The position numbers and the translations under genes are program-made. From positions 18,338-82,337 of the forward strand of contig CAKSOW010000009.1 of the NCBI GenBank assembly GCA_934479825.1: a DNA stretch of 64,000 nucleotides. Direction: 5' to 3'. Positions within the stretch are counted from its first letter, which is position 1. Every line of letters begins with the position of its first letter. This DNA comes from an uncultured Eubacteriales bacterium. GTDB lineage: Bacteria > Bacillota > Clostridia > Oscillospirales > CAG-382. Shown piece by piece: positions 1 through 9,306 of the stretch. The notes under the pieces were generated by a model. The model ran no database searches. It was not told the DNA's origin and worked only from the letters and a program-made list of their open reading frames with translations.

Positions 1-1
1 G

Positions 2-1018
2 GGACTTGAAAACTACATGGAGCGCCGCTACGACCGGCGTATCGGAGAAAGCTATGCCGCCGTCGAAAAAACCAATTTTTACGACGCGGTCTATTCGCCG
101 GTGGTACTTATGCTTAATGCGGCGGTAGTGGGGCTTGTGATGCTGCTTTCCGCGTCCGGCAAAGCGGAGGTTTTGACATTGTTCGGCATGTCGGTCGGCT
201 CATCGGTCGCCATTGTCAACTACATTTCCCGTATTTTCTCACCGATCGAAAGTCTGGGTATGGAAATCCAGACGATTCAGTCAGCCATGGCCGGCGTCAA
301 GCGGATCGACGCCTTTCTTGCCCAGCCGGAACGCATTCGACTGCCGGAACGGGGAAGCGCCGCGCGCGGGGAAGTCGCTCTTTCCCATGTGACCTTTGGA
401 TACGGCGAAAAGCCGGTGTTACGCGACTTTTCCATGACGGTAAAAGAGGGCGAACAAGTCACGCTTGTCGGAAGGACCGGAGCCGGGAAAAGCACGGTGT
501 TCCGGCTGCTGCTCGGCTTATACAGACCGGAATCTGGCACAGTCACCATCGGCGGCGTTGACGTTTCGGAGATATCCGACCGCAGGCGGCGTTCCTGTAT
601 CGGCTGTGTGGAACAGCATTTTTCCCGCGTGCCGGGGACGGTGCTCGACCAAATTACGCTTTCCGACCCGGACATTACCGAAGAAATGGCGCATAACGCG
701 GCAAAACTGGCCGGTATCGACGAAACCATCCTTTCCCTCCCCGACGGCTATTCCACTTTATGTACGGACGGAATGTTTTCGCAGGGCGAATGGCAGCTTT
801 TATCCATTGCGCGCGCCGCAGCGGCAAACCCAGCTGTACTTCTGCTGGATGAGATTACAGCCAACCTTGACGCCGAAACCGAAGCACGCGTATTGGCGGC
901 GCTCCGCCGCGCCTCTGAGGGGCGCACCGTTCTTTCCATTTCCCACCGTGTTTATGAAAGCATGGGCGGCAGAACCGTGGAGATCCGGTCCGGCAAAGAC
1001 GATTTAACTTCCGTTTAA
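2..1018 (+). CDS. ABC exporter permease/ATP-binding protein, C-terminal part (5' end lies outside the window)
   Basis: The frame is open from the window edge. Walker A GRTGAGKST, ABC signature LSQGEWQLLSIARA, Walker B LLLDE. Confidence 0.9.
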   Translation, partial: GLENYMERRYDRRIGESYAAVEKTNFYDAVYSPVVLMLNAAVVGLVMLLSASGKAEVLTLFGMSVGSSVAIVNYISRIFSPIESLGMEIQTIQSAMAGVKRIDAFLAQPERIRLPERGSAARGEVALSHVTFGYGEKPVLRDFSMTVKEGEQVTLVGRTGAGKSTVFRLLLGLYRPESGTVTIGGVDVSEISDRRRRSCIGCVEQHFSRVPGTVLDQITLSDPDITEEMAHNAAKLAGIDETILSLPDGYSTLCTDGMFSQGEWQLLSIARAAAANPAVLLLDEITANLDAETEARVLAALRRASEGRTVLSISHRVYESMGGRTVEIRSGKDDLTSV

Positions 1019-1073
1019 CTCTGCGGCCGCAAAAGGTGCTATACTGTATGTATTCCAACCGGAGGTGTCAATC

Positions 1074-2240
1074 ATGAAAACAGCTGAAAATTTCAAGGCG
1101 CGGTTATCCCGGCTGTCCCTACGGGAACGTCTTGTCTGTTCCAACATTTTAATGCTTCTTTTCCCTGTGATTGCCGCCGTGACCGCTTTGATTGCTCTCG
1201 GCATTGCCTTTTACGGTTTTCAGCGTTTTTATTTACCCCGTATGGGATTAACTGTCAAAGGGCTTCACGAAATAGGTGAGCAATATGAAACAGACTTAAA
1301 ATCGTTTTTGGTTTTCGTTGCCGTTCTGCTTTTGTTCATGCTTATCATACTGATTTTGTCTTTGATCCTCACCAACCGTTTCCTGACGCGGTTTATGTTC
1401 CGCCGCGTTGAAGAGCCGTTAAAGCTCCTGACGGAGGGGGTCGCCAAGGTAAGCGAGGGAGAATTGGACTATGTCATCCGGTACACGGCCGAAGATGAAT
1501 TCAAACCGGTCTGCGAGGCGTTCAACGATATGACAGCGCGGTTAAAAACCTCCGCCGAACGGTCGCTGGCGGAAGAACAGAGCCGCAGAGAGCTCTTTGC
1601 CGGAATTTCGCATGATCTGCGCAGTCCGTTGACCTCCGTTCGCGCGTATACCGAAGCATTATTGGACGGGGTCGCGAAAACGCCGGAGGACACACGTCGC
1701 TATCTGTCCAAGATCCGGCTCCACGAAGCTGAAATTGAACATCTGGTGGACGCTCTGTTTCTTTACACGAAAATGGAGTTAAAAGATTATCCCGTTCAGT
1801 GGCAGACGCTCGATCTTCGGGCAGATTTGCAGAGGATCTGCGAAGAAAACCCGTCCGACGCACATCTTGAAGTCAATCTGACGGGGGTGCCCCCTCTTTT
1901 GGTTGCCGCTGATCCGTTTCTTTTGGAGCGCATCGTTTTAAACCTGTTGGACAACAGCCGCAAATACCGCCGTGCAGAGGTAGCGCATGTACGCCTTTCG
2001 GCGGCACGGACAGCAGACGGAATTCTTCTGTCGATCGCTGACGACGGTATGGGAGTGCCGGAAGAAACACTCTCACGTCTGTTTGAGCCCTTTTACCGCG
2101 CCGACCCGGCACGCGGCGCTCCGACCGGGGGGAAGCGGGTTAGGTCTTGCCGTCGTCCGCGAATGCGGAGCTTCGGCACACAGGCCGTATTTTCAGAAAA
2201 CTCGAAAACAAACCCTTTTTCGCCGGGTTCAGGCTTGTAA
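1074..2240 (+). CDS. Sensor histidine kinase (TM, HAMP, HisKA, HATPase) with a frame-disrupted C-terminus; possible pseudogene
   Basis: GGAGG sits 8 nt before the ATG at 1074. H-box FAGISHDLRSPLTS, N-box LLDNSRKY, G1 box DDGMGV. The G2 box GGSGLGLAVVRE is only readable in the +1 frame after the G6 run at 2127-2132. Confidence 0.75.
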   Translation: MKTAENFKARLSRLSLRERLVCSNILMLLFPVIAAVTALIALGIAFYGFQRFYLPRMGLTVKGLHEIGEQYETDLKSFLVFVAVLLLFMLIILILSLILTNRFLTRFMFRRVEEPLKLLTEGVAKVSEGELDYVIRYTAEDEFKPVCEAFNDMTARLKTSAERSLAEEQSRRELFAGISHDLRSPLTSVRAYTEALLDGVAKTPEDTRRYLSKIRLHEAEIEHLVDALFLYTKMELKDYPVQWQTLDLRADLQRICEENPSDAHLEVNLTGVPPLLVAADPFLLERIVLNLLDNSRKYRRAEVAHVRLSAARTADGILLSIADDGMGVPEETLSRLFEPFYRADPARGAPTGGKRVRSCRRPRMRSFGTQAVFSENSKTNPFSPGSGL

Positions 2241-2950
2241 AACGCCGTTTGCGAATGCTTTTTCGCGTCCGGGCACTTTTTTCCCGGACGTTCGGGGGCT
2301 TTGTGATAACCTTCGTATATTTTGATCGGTTTCAGTTCTTTGGTAATGACGACAGGCTCGGTATCGTTTGCAACCGCTTTGCCGCGCGGCGGCTCACAGA
2401 TATAGGCGTTTTGCCACGTGCTGTCGTCAAAATCAGGCATATTCCAACCGGCAATTTCCGCATTCGCGTCATAGAATTCGCCGCTGCGGAGATCGTCGAA
2501 AAAGATCGGTGAAGAAGCGCATTTGAAACTCTCATCCGCCTCAAAGCTCATGCGCTGTTCACCGCAGTCGGCTTCAAAAGAAAGCGCCAGTTTCGGAGAA
2601 GAACGGAAGACCGCTTTGTCAAATTCCCAGATAAAACCACCGATTGCATTGGAAAAACCGTTGCCAAGTAAAAACGCCAGACAGTTTTGTCCCGGTCTTA
2701 AATAAGGCGTCACATCGTAGATATCATAGAACAGAATATCGTCGGGATTGGTCATGCACGGTGCAAGACGCGAAGCGGTGATTTCTTTCCCGTTGACCCA
2801 CAGCCGATAGAACCCGGTAGAAGTGAGAATAAGAGAAGCTTTTCCGAAAGTGTTTTCCAATGTGAAAGTCTTTCGCAGGCAGGGCGCACAGACCGGCTTT
2901 TCGTAGGTTGCAAAATCACGCGTCGCTTGAATAAATCGGAAGGAAAACAT
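2093..2950 (-). CDS. Alpha-L-rhamnosidase (GH78) N-terminal fragment, 3'-truncated
   Basis: AAAGGA RBS before the ATG at 2950. The protein looks like a Bac_rhamnosid_N domain (FYRLWVNGKEI, YDVTPYLRPGQN, FVFEFSENTA). Full GH78 enzymes are about 900 aa, and homology here stops near 2156. Confidence 0.6.
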   Translation of the reverse strand: MFSFRFIQATRDFATYEKPVCAPCLRKTFTLENTFGKASLILTSTGFYRLWVNGKEITASRLAPCMTNPDDILFYDIYDVTPYLRPGQNCLAFLLGNGFSNAIGGFIWEFDKAVFRSSPKLALSFEADCGEQRMSFEADESFKCASSPIFFDDLRSGEFYDANAEIAGWNMPDFDDSTWQNAYICEPPRGKAVANDTEPVVITKELKPIKIYEGYHKAPERPGKKCPDAKKHSQTAFYKPEPGEKGFVFEFSENTACVPKLRIRGRRQDLTRFPPVGAPRAGSAR

Positions 2951-3032
2951 AGTTTTTGTCCTTTCGGTGCGGTTTTCTATTACAGCAGTATTGTAGCGTA
3001 TGGACAAAAGAAAGTTAATACGCAAAGCTCAC

Positions 3033-3944
3033 TTATATTTGCTCATTGCTCACATCCGGCATTTTTTCGGCACGGTTCTTTTTCCGGTATTCGCCCGGCG
3101 TCATGCCCGCATTTTTCCCGAACACCTTGATGAAATCCGAACAGCTGCCGAAGCCTGCACCATAGCAAGCCTCCGTGACTGTTGACCCGGTATTCAGCAG
3201 ATGCTTTGCCGCCGCAATACGGCGCTCCGTCAAGTATTTATGCACTGTCTTTCCGGTGTGCTTGCGAAAGCATTTGGCAAGATATGTCACACTGCATCCA
3301 AAGCGTTTCGAAAGCGCTTCAAGCCGGATGTTTTCGGAATAATTCTCGTTGATGAACCGTAGCGTTTTCGAAACAACCGACGGAACGGGTGAAGAAAACG
3401 GATATGCGCTTTGTTTTCGGTATGCGGCTGCACAGTGTTCAAAAAGCTCAAGCATAAGGGCAAAAATGCGCAGATCTGCCGTGTGATCTTCTTCATCGGG
3501 ATGTTTTACGGCAATTCCGGCCAGTGTTTCCGTAATGCGAAGAATATCCGCACGTGTGTTTTCCTCCGGATGAACCAGATTTACCGCTGTTCCGTCCGAC
3601 TGCCGGAATAATCCGGCAAGATACGTACGATTCAGACAGTCGGAGTAAAAACCGTGCGAAAAATAGTCGGTCGGCAGATAAAAATCGAGATAGCGGTGCG
3701 TTCCGGCACGCAGGAAACGTCCGAAATGTATTTCATTCGGGCTGAAAACGAAAAAATCACCGCGCACAGTGTTGTAAATTTGGTCGCCGACCACACCGGC
3801 AAGGTCATCGGTCAACAAAAACGAAAATTTTTGTACGGTGTAGAGGAGAACGCTGTTGTCGGATTTTGTGTGCTCCACCGCCGAATAATTCATGGTTGCT
3901 TCACAAAGACCGGCAATGGGAGCAATTTTTTTGACTATCTGCAT
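3033..3944 (-). CDS. AraC family transcriptional regulator
   Basis: GAGGGA RBS before the ATG at 3944. Cupin-like N-terminal domain plus a C-terminal AraC helix-turn-helix (LEALSKRFGCSVTYLAKCFRK, GFGSCSDFIKVFGK). Confidence 0.85.
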   Translation of the reverse strand: MQIVKKIAPIAGLCEATMNYSAVEHTKSDNSVLLYTVQKFSFLLTDDLAGVVGDQIYNTVRGDFFVFSPNEIHFGRFLRAGTHRYLDFYLPTDYFSHGFYSDCLNRTYLAGLFRQSDGTAVNLVHPEENTRADILRITETLAGIAVKHPDEEDHTADLRIFALMLELFEHCAAAYRKQSAYPFSSPVPSVVSKTLRFINENYSENIRLEALSKRFGCSVTYLAKCFRKHTGKTVHKYLTERRIAAAKHLLNTGSTVTEACYGAGFGSCSDFIKVFGKNAGMTPGEYRKKNRAEKMPDVSNEQI

Positions 3945-4070
3945 CTTAAATCCCTCAGTTTCATTTTTGACAACTTTTTGTGCAGAAAAACTATATCTAA
4001 GTTTTTGAATATATGGTATAAGAAGTATAGCACAAGGATTCACAAATGTCAAACATAAAATTAAACGAAT

Positions 4071-6221
4071 ATGAGGTGTTGCTTTTTGAAACCGGAACTT
4101 GCAAAAATAACCGCTCCGTCCGAGCGTGTACAAAAGCTCCGCAAATACTATTCCGAAAACTCGGCGATGGTTTTGGACCGCACACTTGCACCATGGAAAT
4201 GCTCGCATTCCCGCCTGCTTTACGCAGAGGGGTGGGCAAAGAACGCGGACGCTCCGACGGTTGTTTTTCGCCGCTCTATGGCAGAAAAATATATGCTTGA
4301 AAATACAAAGCCTGTCATCTGCGCCGGAGAGCTCATTGTCGGGCAGCCGAATTTTGCAGCATTCAATAAGGATGAAACCGAAAAGGATCGCTATTACACC
4401 GATTTGCTTCGCGACGGCATTCCGCAATCACGCGGCAGAGCCGACCATATGGCGCTCGACTACCCAAAGCTGCTTTCTCTTGGCGTCGAGGGCTTGATTG
4501 CAGAAATGAAAAATGCCGGTGAGAAGCTGGATTTACGCGACGGCAGAAACGTCGGAAAATACGAATTCTACGAATGCTGTATTCTTGAACTGCAAGGCGT
4601 ATTAACGCTTGCGGCCAACTATGCGGCCGAAGCCCACCGTATGGCGGAAGCTGCTTCTGACGGAGAAAAGGCAGAACTTCTCGCATTGGCAGATACCATG
4701 GAACGTGTTCCGGCAAAGCCGGCGCGAACCTTTCGGGAAGCCTTGCAAAGCATTCATCTGTTTTTATACAGCCTGTACGGTATTTATTCGGCCGGCCGTC
4801 CCGATCAATATCTCTTGCCGTACTATCGTAACGACATCGAAAACGGGATTCTTGACGAAGTCACGGCACAAGAGCTGATTGATTGCTTCTGCTTACAGTA
4901 TATGAACAACATGAGTGCTTGGGCGGCAGCCGGCTTTATGCTCGGCGGAAGAGATCCCGAGGGAAAAGCCGTTGAAAATGCGTTGACCTGGCATTTTCTC
5001 ATGGCCATTTCCCATACGCACACGCCCGATCCGAATGTCGGGTTTTGCGTAACGAGCGAAACAAGCGGCGATATTCTCGATTTCGTATCGCACCTTTTGC
5101 AAGCCGGACACGGCAATCCGCAGATCTGGAACAATGATAAGATAACGGAATCCATGTTAAAATACGGCTACACGCCGCACGACGCCAACAATTTTACCCA
5201 TTCGGTCTGTGTGGAGATCACCCCCATCGGCTGTTCGGGCGTATCCATCACCAGTCCCTATATCAATATGTTAAAAATCTTCATGGACACGTTTTTGAAT
5301 GTCCCGGAGGATATCGGCTTTGAGGAGTTGCTTGCGCGTTTTGAGAAAGCGTTCGGTGATTATTGCGATAAGGCGATGCTGACTGAAAATCTTTGGCAGC
5401 TTGAACGCGCACGCAACGGCACTGACCCGATCCGCATATCCGCTCTCATCGGGGATTGTACAGAGCGCGGCCTTTCCGGTGATGCCGGCGGTGCAAGATA
5501 TAATTTTATTGAGCCGAATATGCTCGGTATGACCAATGTCATCGAAAGCCTCAATGTTCTCGAAAAACTCGTTTATACCGACAAAATGCTGACAATTGCT
5601 GAATTCAAGCAAGCAATCAACGACAATTATAAAGGCCATGAGGAGCTGTTGAATACGATTATAAACCGTGTCGACCATTTCGGGAACTGCACCGAAAGCA
5701 CGAATCGCCTTGCGGCGCGTATTTCGGACATGGTATTAAAGACGTTTGACCTCTACACCACCTGCCGCGGCGCAAAAGTCATTCCCGGCGCGTTTTCCTA
5801 TCGTGACCACGAAATCAACGGCAGACATACCGGTGCTTCGCCCGACGGCAGACTTGCCGGTGCGCCGCTTTCCGCCGGTTCCGATCCGGTTCAGGGCTAT
5901 GACCGTTCCGGCCCGACGATGAGTCTTTGCTCGTCGGCGGCTTGGAAACCGGTGCGCTTTTTGGGCGGAACGGCATTAAATATCAAATTAAACAAGAACA
6001 CGCCGCCTGCCGCCATCCGCTCGCTCATTGAGGGCTTCTTAAAGACGGAGGATGCGCAAATGCAGTTCAATATCGTAAGTCCCGACGAGCTTCTCGACGC
6101 TCAGATTCATCCGGAAAAACACGGCGATCTTATTGTGCGTATCGGCGGATACAGCGATTATTTCACGCGTATTCCGAAAGGCTTGCAGGACGATGTGATT
6201 TCGCGCAGTATGGGAGATTAA
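4071..6221 (+). CDS. Glycyl radical enzyme (PFL-like fold), dehydratase/lyase-type active site
   Basis: C-terminal glycyl radical motif VRIGGYSDYF (Gly codon 6147-6149). Cys loop VCVEITP (Cys 5208-5210, Glu 5214-5216). The more likely start is the TTG at 4086, 7 nt after GAGGTG. Confidence 0.88.
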   Translation: MRCCFLKPELAKITAPSERVQKLRKYYSENSAMVLDRTLAPWKCSHSRLLYAEGWAKNADAPTVVFRRSMAEKYMLENTKPVICAGELIVGQPNFAAFNKDETEKDRYYTDLLRDGIPQSRGRADHMALDYPKLLSLGVEGLIAEMKNAGEKLDLRDGRNVGKYEFYECCILELQGVLTLAANYAAEAHRMAEAASDGEKAELLALADTMERVPAKPARTFREALQSIHLFLYSLYGIYSAGRPDQYLLPYYRNDIENGILDEVTAQELIDCFCLQYMNNMSAWAAAGFMLGGRDPEGKAVENALTWHFLMAISHTHTPDPNVGFCVTSETSGDILDFVSHLLQAGHGNPQIWNNDKITESMLKYGYTPHDANNFTHSVCVEITPIGCSGVSITSPYINMLKIFMDTFLNVPEDIGFEELLARFEKAFGDYCDKAMLTENLWQLERARNGTDPIRISALIGDCTERGLSGDAGGARYNFIEPNMLGMTNVIESLNVLEKLVYTDKMLTIAEFKQAINDNYKGHEELLNTIINRVDHFGNCTESTNRLAARISDMVLKTFDLYTTCRGAKVIPGAFSYRDHEINGRHTGASPDGRLAGAPLSAGSDPVQGYDRSGPTMSLCSSAAWKPVRFLGGTALNIKLNKNTPPAAIRSLIEGFLKTEDAQMQFNIVSPDELLDAQIHPEKHGDLIVRIGGYSDYFTRIPKGLQDDVISRSMGD

Positions 6222-6223
6222 AC

Positions 6224-7114
6224 ATGCTTGTGTTCAACATTCAGCACTTTTCCACGCACGATGGTCCCGGTTTGCGCACAGTGATTTTCTTCAAAGGCTG
6301 CCCGTTAAACTGTGCCTGGTGCCATAATCCCGAAGGAAAAGGCTTCCTGCCGGAATTGAGCTTTGATGCCGCACGCTGTATCGGGTGCAGAAAATGTGCC
6401 GTATGCCCGGAACAGGCACACGAATTTGCTCCGACACATATATTCAAACGCGAAAAGTGCAGCCTGTGCGGCAAATGCGTTTCCGTTTGTCCGGCCGGCG
6501 CGTTGGAGATTATCGGGAAAGACTATACGGTCGACGCACTCCTGCAGGAGGTCAAAAAGGACGCGGTGTTTTATGGCGCGGAGGGCGGCGTAACGCTGTC
6601 CGGCGGCGAGCCGTTTGCACAGCCTGAAGGACTGATGGAATTGCTTCCGGCACTTAAAAGGGCAGGAATTCATACAGCGATTGAAACCTCCGGCTGTGTG
6701 TCTCCTGAACAATTGGAGCAAGCTGCCAAACACACCGATCTGTTTTTGTACGACTTCAAGCTTGCAGACGGGCTTTGTAAGACGTATATCGGCGTCGCGC
6801 CGGAAAAACTTCTCGCCGGACTTGCGGTTCTTGACCGATCGGATGCCTCCGTCCTCTTGCGCTGTCCGATTGTTCCGGATATCAATGACAACGACCGCCA
6901 TTTGGCGGCTATTGCACTTACGGCAAACGAACACAGTTGTGTCAAAGCGGTGGAGCTTGAGCCGTATCATCCGCTCGGACTTCGAAAATATGCTTGTGTG
7001 GGCAGTCGGGCGGCATACACAAGAAACAAAAAAATGAACTGCGAAGTGCTTGCGGCAATGACAAAAAAACTGCGGACAATGACGGTCAAAAAGGTTTTGG
7101 AGAGCGTGCAGTAG
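6224..7114 (+). CDS. Glycyl-radical enzyme activating protein (radical SAM)
   Basis: CPLNCAWCHNPE radical-SAM cluster motif. Two ferredoxin-type motifs, CIGCRKCAVCP and CSLCGKCVSVCP. It lies directly after the glycyl radical enzyme gene. Confidence 0.9.
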   Translation: MLVFNIQHFSTHDGPGLRTVIFFKGCPLNCAWCHNPEGKGFLPELSFDAARCIGCRKCAVCPEQAHEFAPTHIFKREKCSLCGKCVSVCPAGALEIIGKDYTVDALLQEVKKDAVFYGAEGGVTLSGGEPFAQPEGLMELLPALKRAGIHTAIETSGCVSPEQLEQAAKHTDLFLYDFKLADGLCKTYIGVAPEKLLAGLAVLDRSDASVLLRCPIVPDINDNDRHLAAIALTANEHSCVKAVELEPYHPLGLRKYACVGSRAAYTRNKKMNCEVLAAMTKKLRTMTVKKVLESVQ

Positions 7115-7133
7115 AAAAACGGGAGAAGCTTAT

Positions 7134-7304
7134 ATGAAGGTTTTCGAAAAAGCTTCCCGCGTTGTCTTTATCGGCGATAGTATCACGTATTCCAACAACT
7201 ATGTTTCGCGCATTTTTGCGTATTACGCCAAATACCCGCCGAAACGGCGCGTTCGGTTTTACAATGCCGGCGTTTTGGGCGGCACAGAATTATCTGCAAA
7301 ATAA
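7134..7304 (+). pseudogene. SGNH/GDSL hydrolase N-terminal remnant (56 codons, then stop)
   Basis: MKVFEKASRVVFIGDSITYSNN carries the GDS(L) block I, and YNAGVLGGT resembles block II. A block-III-like KPTVFIPFGMHG follows in another frame (about 7340-7380) and is cut off by the SDR gene. Confidence 0.45.
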
Positions 7305-7401
7305 CCGCACGAACCGGAATTACTGTGCCGGATTTGTCAAGAAACCGACCGTGTTTATACCGTTCGGAATGCACGGTAAGACAAGATCAGGAGGGAAATC
7401 G

Positions 7402-8124
7402 ATGTTTGAAAATAAATGTGTGGTCATTACCGGCGGAAGCGAGGGAATCGGCTTCGCCTGCGCCGCCTGTTTTCTCGAACGGGGCGCACGGGTCTTAATC
7501 ACCGGCAGAAGCAAGGAAAAACTGCATCATGCGGAAACTCTTTTGCATTCCGACCGTGTGCATACACTGGTGTGGGATGTTACCAATTTTGCAAATTTGG
7601 ATGCGCGTGTTGACGATTGTGTGCGGATACTCGGCAAAATCGATATTTTTATCAACAACGCAGGGCTTGCGGCAAAAGCGGATTTCATGGGCGATGTTTT
7701 TGGCGTTACTTACGACGATTGGGACACGGTCATGAACACAAATTTGAAAAGCATGTATTTTATTTGCCGTCGGGTGATTCTTGTCATGAAAAGCACCGGA
7801 AGCGGTGGCTGTATTATCAATATCGGTTCGGAGCAGGGCTTCCGACCGGGCGGCTTTACGCCGTATCCGATCTCCAAATGTGCGGTGGATTACTTAACCA
7901 AAGGCTTTGGCAGACGCTTTATCAAGGACGGTATCCGCGTAAATTCCGTAGCACCCGGTGCGGTCAACACCTCGCTTCAGCAAAACGACGGGATCCTTCC
8001 GGCGAAAGCCATTGCCGCTGCGGTCTGCTTTCTTGCTTCGGAGGAGGCGTATGCCGTCTCGGGTGAAACACTGATTGCAGATCGTTGTGAACATCTCGGC
8101 GTTTCGTGGTTTTCGGACCGTTAA
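7402..8124 (+). CDS. SDR family oxidoreductase
   Basis: AGGAGGGA RBS. TGGSEGIG cofactor motif, NNAG, and the catalytic Y-x3-K (YPISK). Confidence 0.88.
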   Translation: MFENKCVVITGGSEGIGFACAACFLERGARVLITGRSKEKLHHAETLLHSDRVHTLVWDVTNFANLDARVDDCVRILGKIDIFINNAGLAAKADFMGDVFGVTYDDWDTVMNTNLKSMYFICRRVILVMKSTGSGGCIINIGSEQGFRPGGFTPYPISKCAVDYLTKGFGRRFIKDGIRVNSVAPGAVNTSLQQNDGILPAKAIAAAVCFLASEEAYAVSGETLIADRCEHLGVSWFSDR

Positions 8125-8196
8125 AAGCGGCGATGCCCCAAAAGGTCTTTTCAGGCAATCCGTGAAATGATTTTGCGCTTTGCGGTTCAAAAACAG

Positions 8197-8236
8197 AAAA
8201 ATCTCCGGGACGGCTGTTGTCCGCCCGGAGATTTTT
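8197..8236 (+). terminator. Rho-independent terminator after the SDR gene
   Basis: Stem aaaaatctccggg / cccggagattttt followed by a T-run. Confidence 0.65.
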
Positions 8237-8308
8237 CTTGGCATCACTGCGTACTTTTTCCTGCCGCTTTCATCTTTCCGAAAAGACAGGAAGTTTTACG
8301 GATATTGC

Positions 8309-8338
8309 TTGACAGAAAAGCGCAAAAAACGCTATAAT
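8309..8338 (+). promoter_or_regulatory. Sigma-70-type promoter
   Basis: TTGACA (8309-8314), 18-nt spacer, TATAAT (8333-8338). Confidence 0.55.
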
Positions 8339-8385
8339 AAAGTGTCAATACAGTGCGTTTCCGGAACGCCGAACGGAGGAAAAAC

Positions 8386-9108
8386 GTGATTTATACCACC
8401 GAGCTTTACAGAAAAAGAATCGACAACATCGAGTATGCGAGCCGAGCCGTCAAGAGCTGCTTCCGGAAACTGCATATCCGCGACTATATTCCGGGCCAGG
8501 CCATCTACAACCTCGGCGAATATCTGAATAAGATGACCATCCGGCCAACGGAATACGATTATAATCGGATAAAGCAGCTTGCGGAAAACGGCGTCGGGTT
8601 GATTCAGATCCATGAGGAATGGAACGATGCCCTGCGCGTGATGGGCGTCGATAAATACTCGTCGCATGACAAAGAGGGCTTGAAAGAATTCATCAAGCTG
8701 TGCCATTCGTTCGGCATCAAAATTTTGCCGTATCTGTCCAGCGGCTTTTTCGACGAGCGCGACCCGGATTATAACCCGAAATTCGTCGCGCACCCGGACG
8801 CCAAGCTGTATCAGAATTACTATCGCTATCGGCTCGGCAATGCCGGTTCGCCGGAATGGAACAAATTCCTGTTTGACAACGTGCGGCGCGTGCTCGACGA
8901 ATACGAATTTGACGGCATTTTCAACGATATGGGCTATGACGGCTTCGACAACAAGGGAAATCCGTATGCTTATCTGTGCTTGTCCAATCTCGGCAAAACC
9001 GGTGTCAACGCGGTGTTCAAGGAGCTTTGGAAAGACCGCGTGAGCGGCGAACGCGTGAAAGAAAAGGAAATTCCTGCCGGCGGAATGCTGTTTTTACAGC
9101 AGCTGTAA
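8386..9108 (+). CDS. Hypothetical protein, weakly glycosidase/TIM-barrel-like
   Basis: GGAGGA RBS before the GTG at 8386; the ORF track begins at 8353. No diagnostic motif recognised. Confidence 0.5.
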   Translation: MIYTTELYRKRIDNIEYASRAVKSCFRKLHIRDYIPGQAIYNLGEYLNKMTIRPTEYDYNRIKQLAENGVGLIQIHEEWNDALRVMGVDKYSSHDKEGLKEFIKLCHSFGIKILPYLSSGFFDERDPDYNPKFVAHPDAKLYQNYYRYRLGNAGSPEWNKFLFDNVRRVLDEYEFDGIFNDMGYDGFDNKGNPYAYLCLSNLGKTGVNAVFKELWKDRVSGERVKEKEIPAGGMLFLQQL

Positions 9109-9230
9109 ATTCAGCCGGTGTTTATTGCTGAAATTGCGGCAGCTTCCGTCTTTCCTGTGTAAGGGAAGGTGGCGCACGAAGTGCGTCGGAAGGGTTGTGC
9201 CGTAAAAATACAAATTTTGCAGAAAACCGA

Positions 9231-9268
9231 AACGACCGCTATAGCCGAAAGAGACTATAGCGGTCGTT
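9231..9268. terminator. Bidirectional hairpin terminator
   Basis: Perfect 14-bp stem aacgaccgctatag / ctatagcggtcgtt, with an A-run before and a T-run after. Confidence 0.65.
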
Positions 9269-9306
9269 TTGCTGTTATTCGATTGTTTTCGTGTTTCCGG
9301 CAAAAA

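Noticed and set aside
3945-4427. N-terminal 160-aa extension of the AraC ORF (3033-4427 in the ORF track)
   Set aside because: It overlaps the GRE gene start on the other strand. The sequence is not protein-like. A good RBS and ATG at 3944 give a normal-length AraC protein.
7162-7401. 80-aa N-terminal extension of the SDR ORF
   Set aside because: The SDR cofactor motif begins right after the ATG at 7402, which has an AGGAGGGA RBS. The upstream part is the out-of-frame SGNH relic.
9109-9230. Possible riboswitch or structured RNA between the hypothetical gene and the MgtE fragment
   Set aside because: The region lies downstream of both convergent genes. It contains only short generic hairpins and no M-box-like features.
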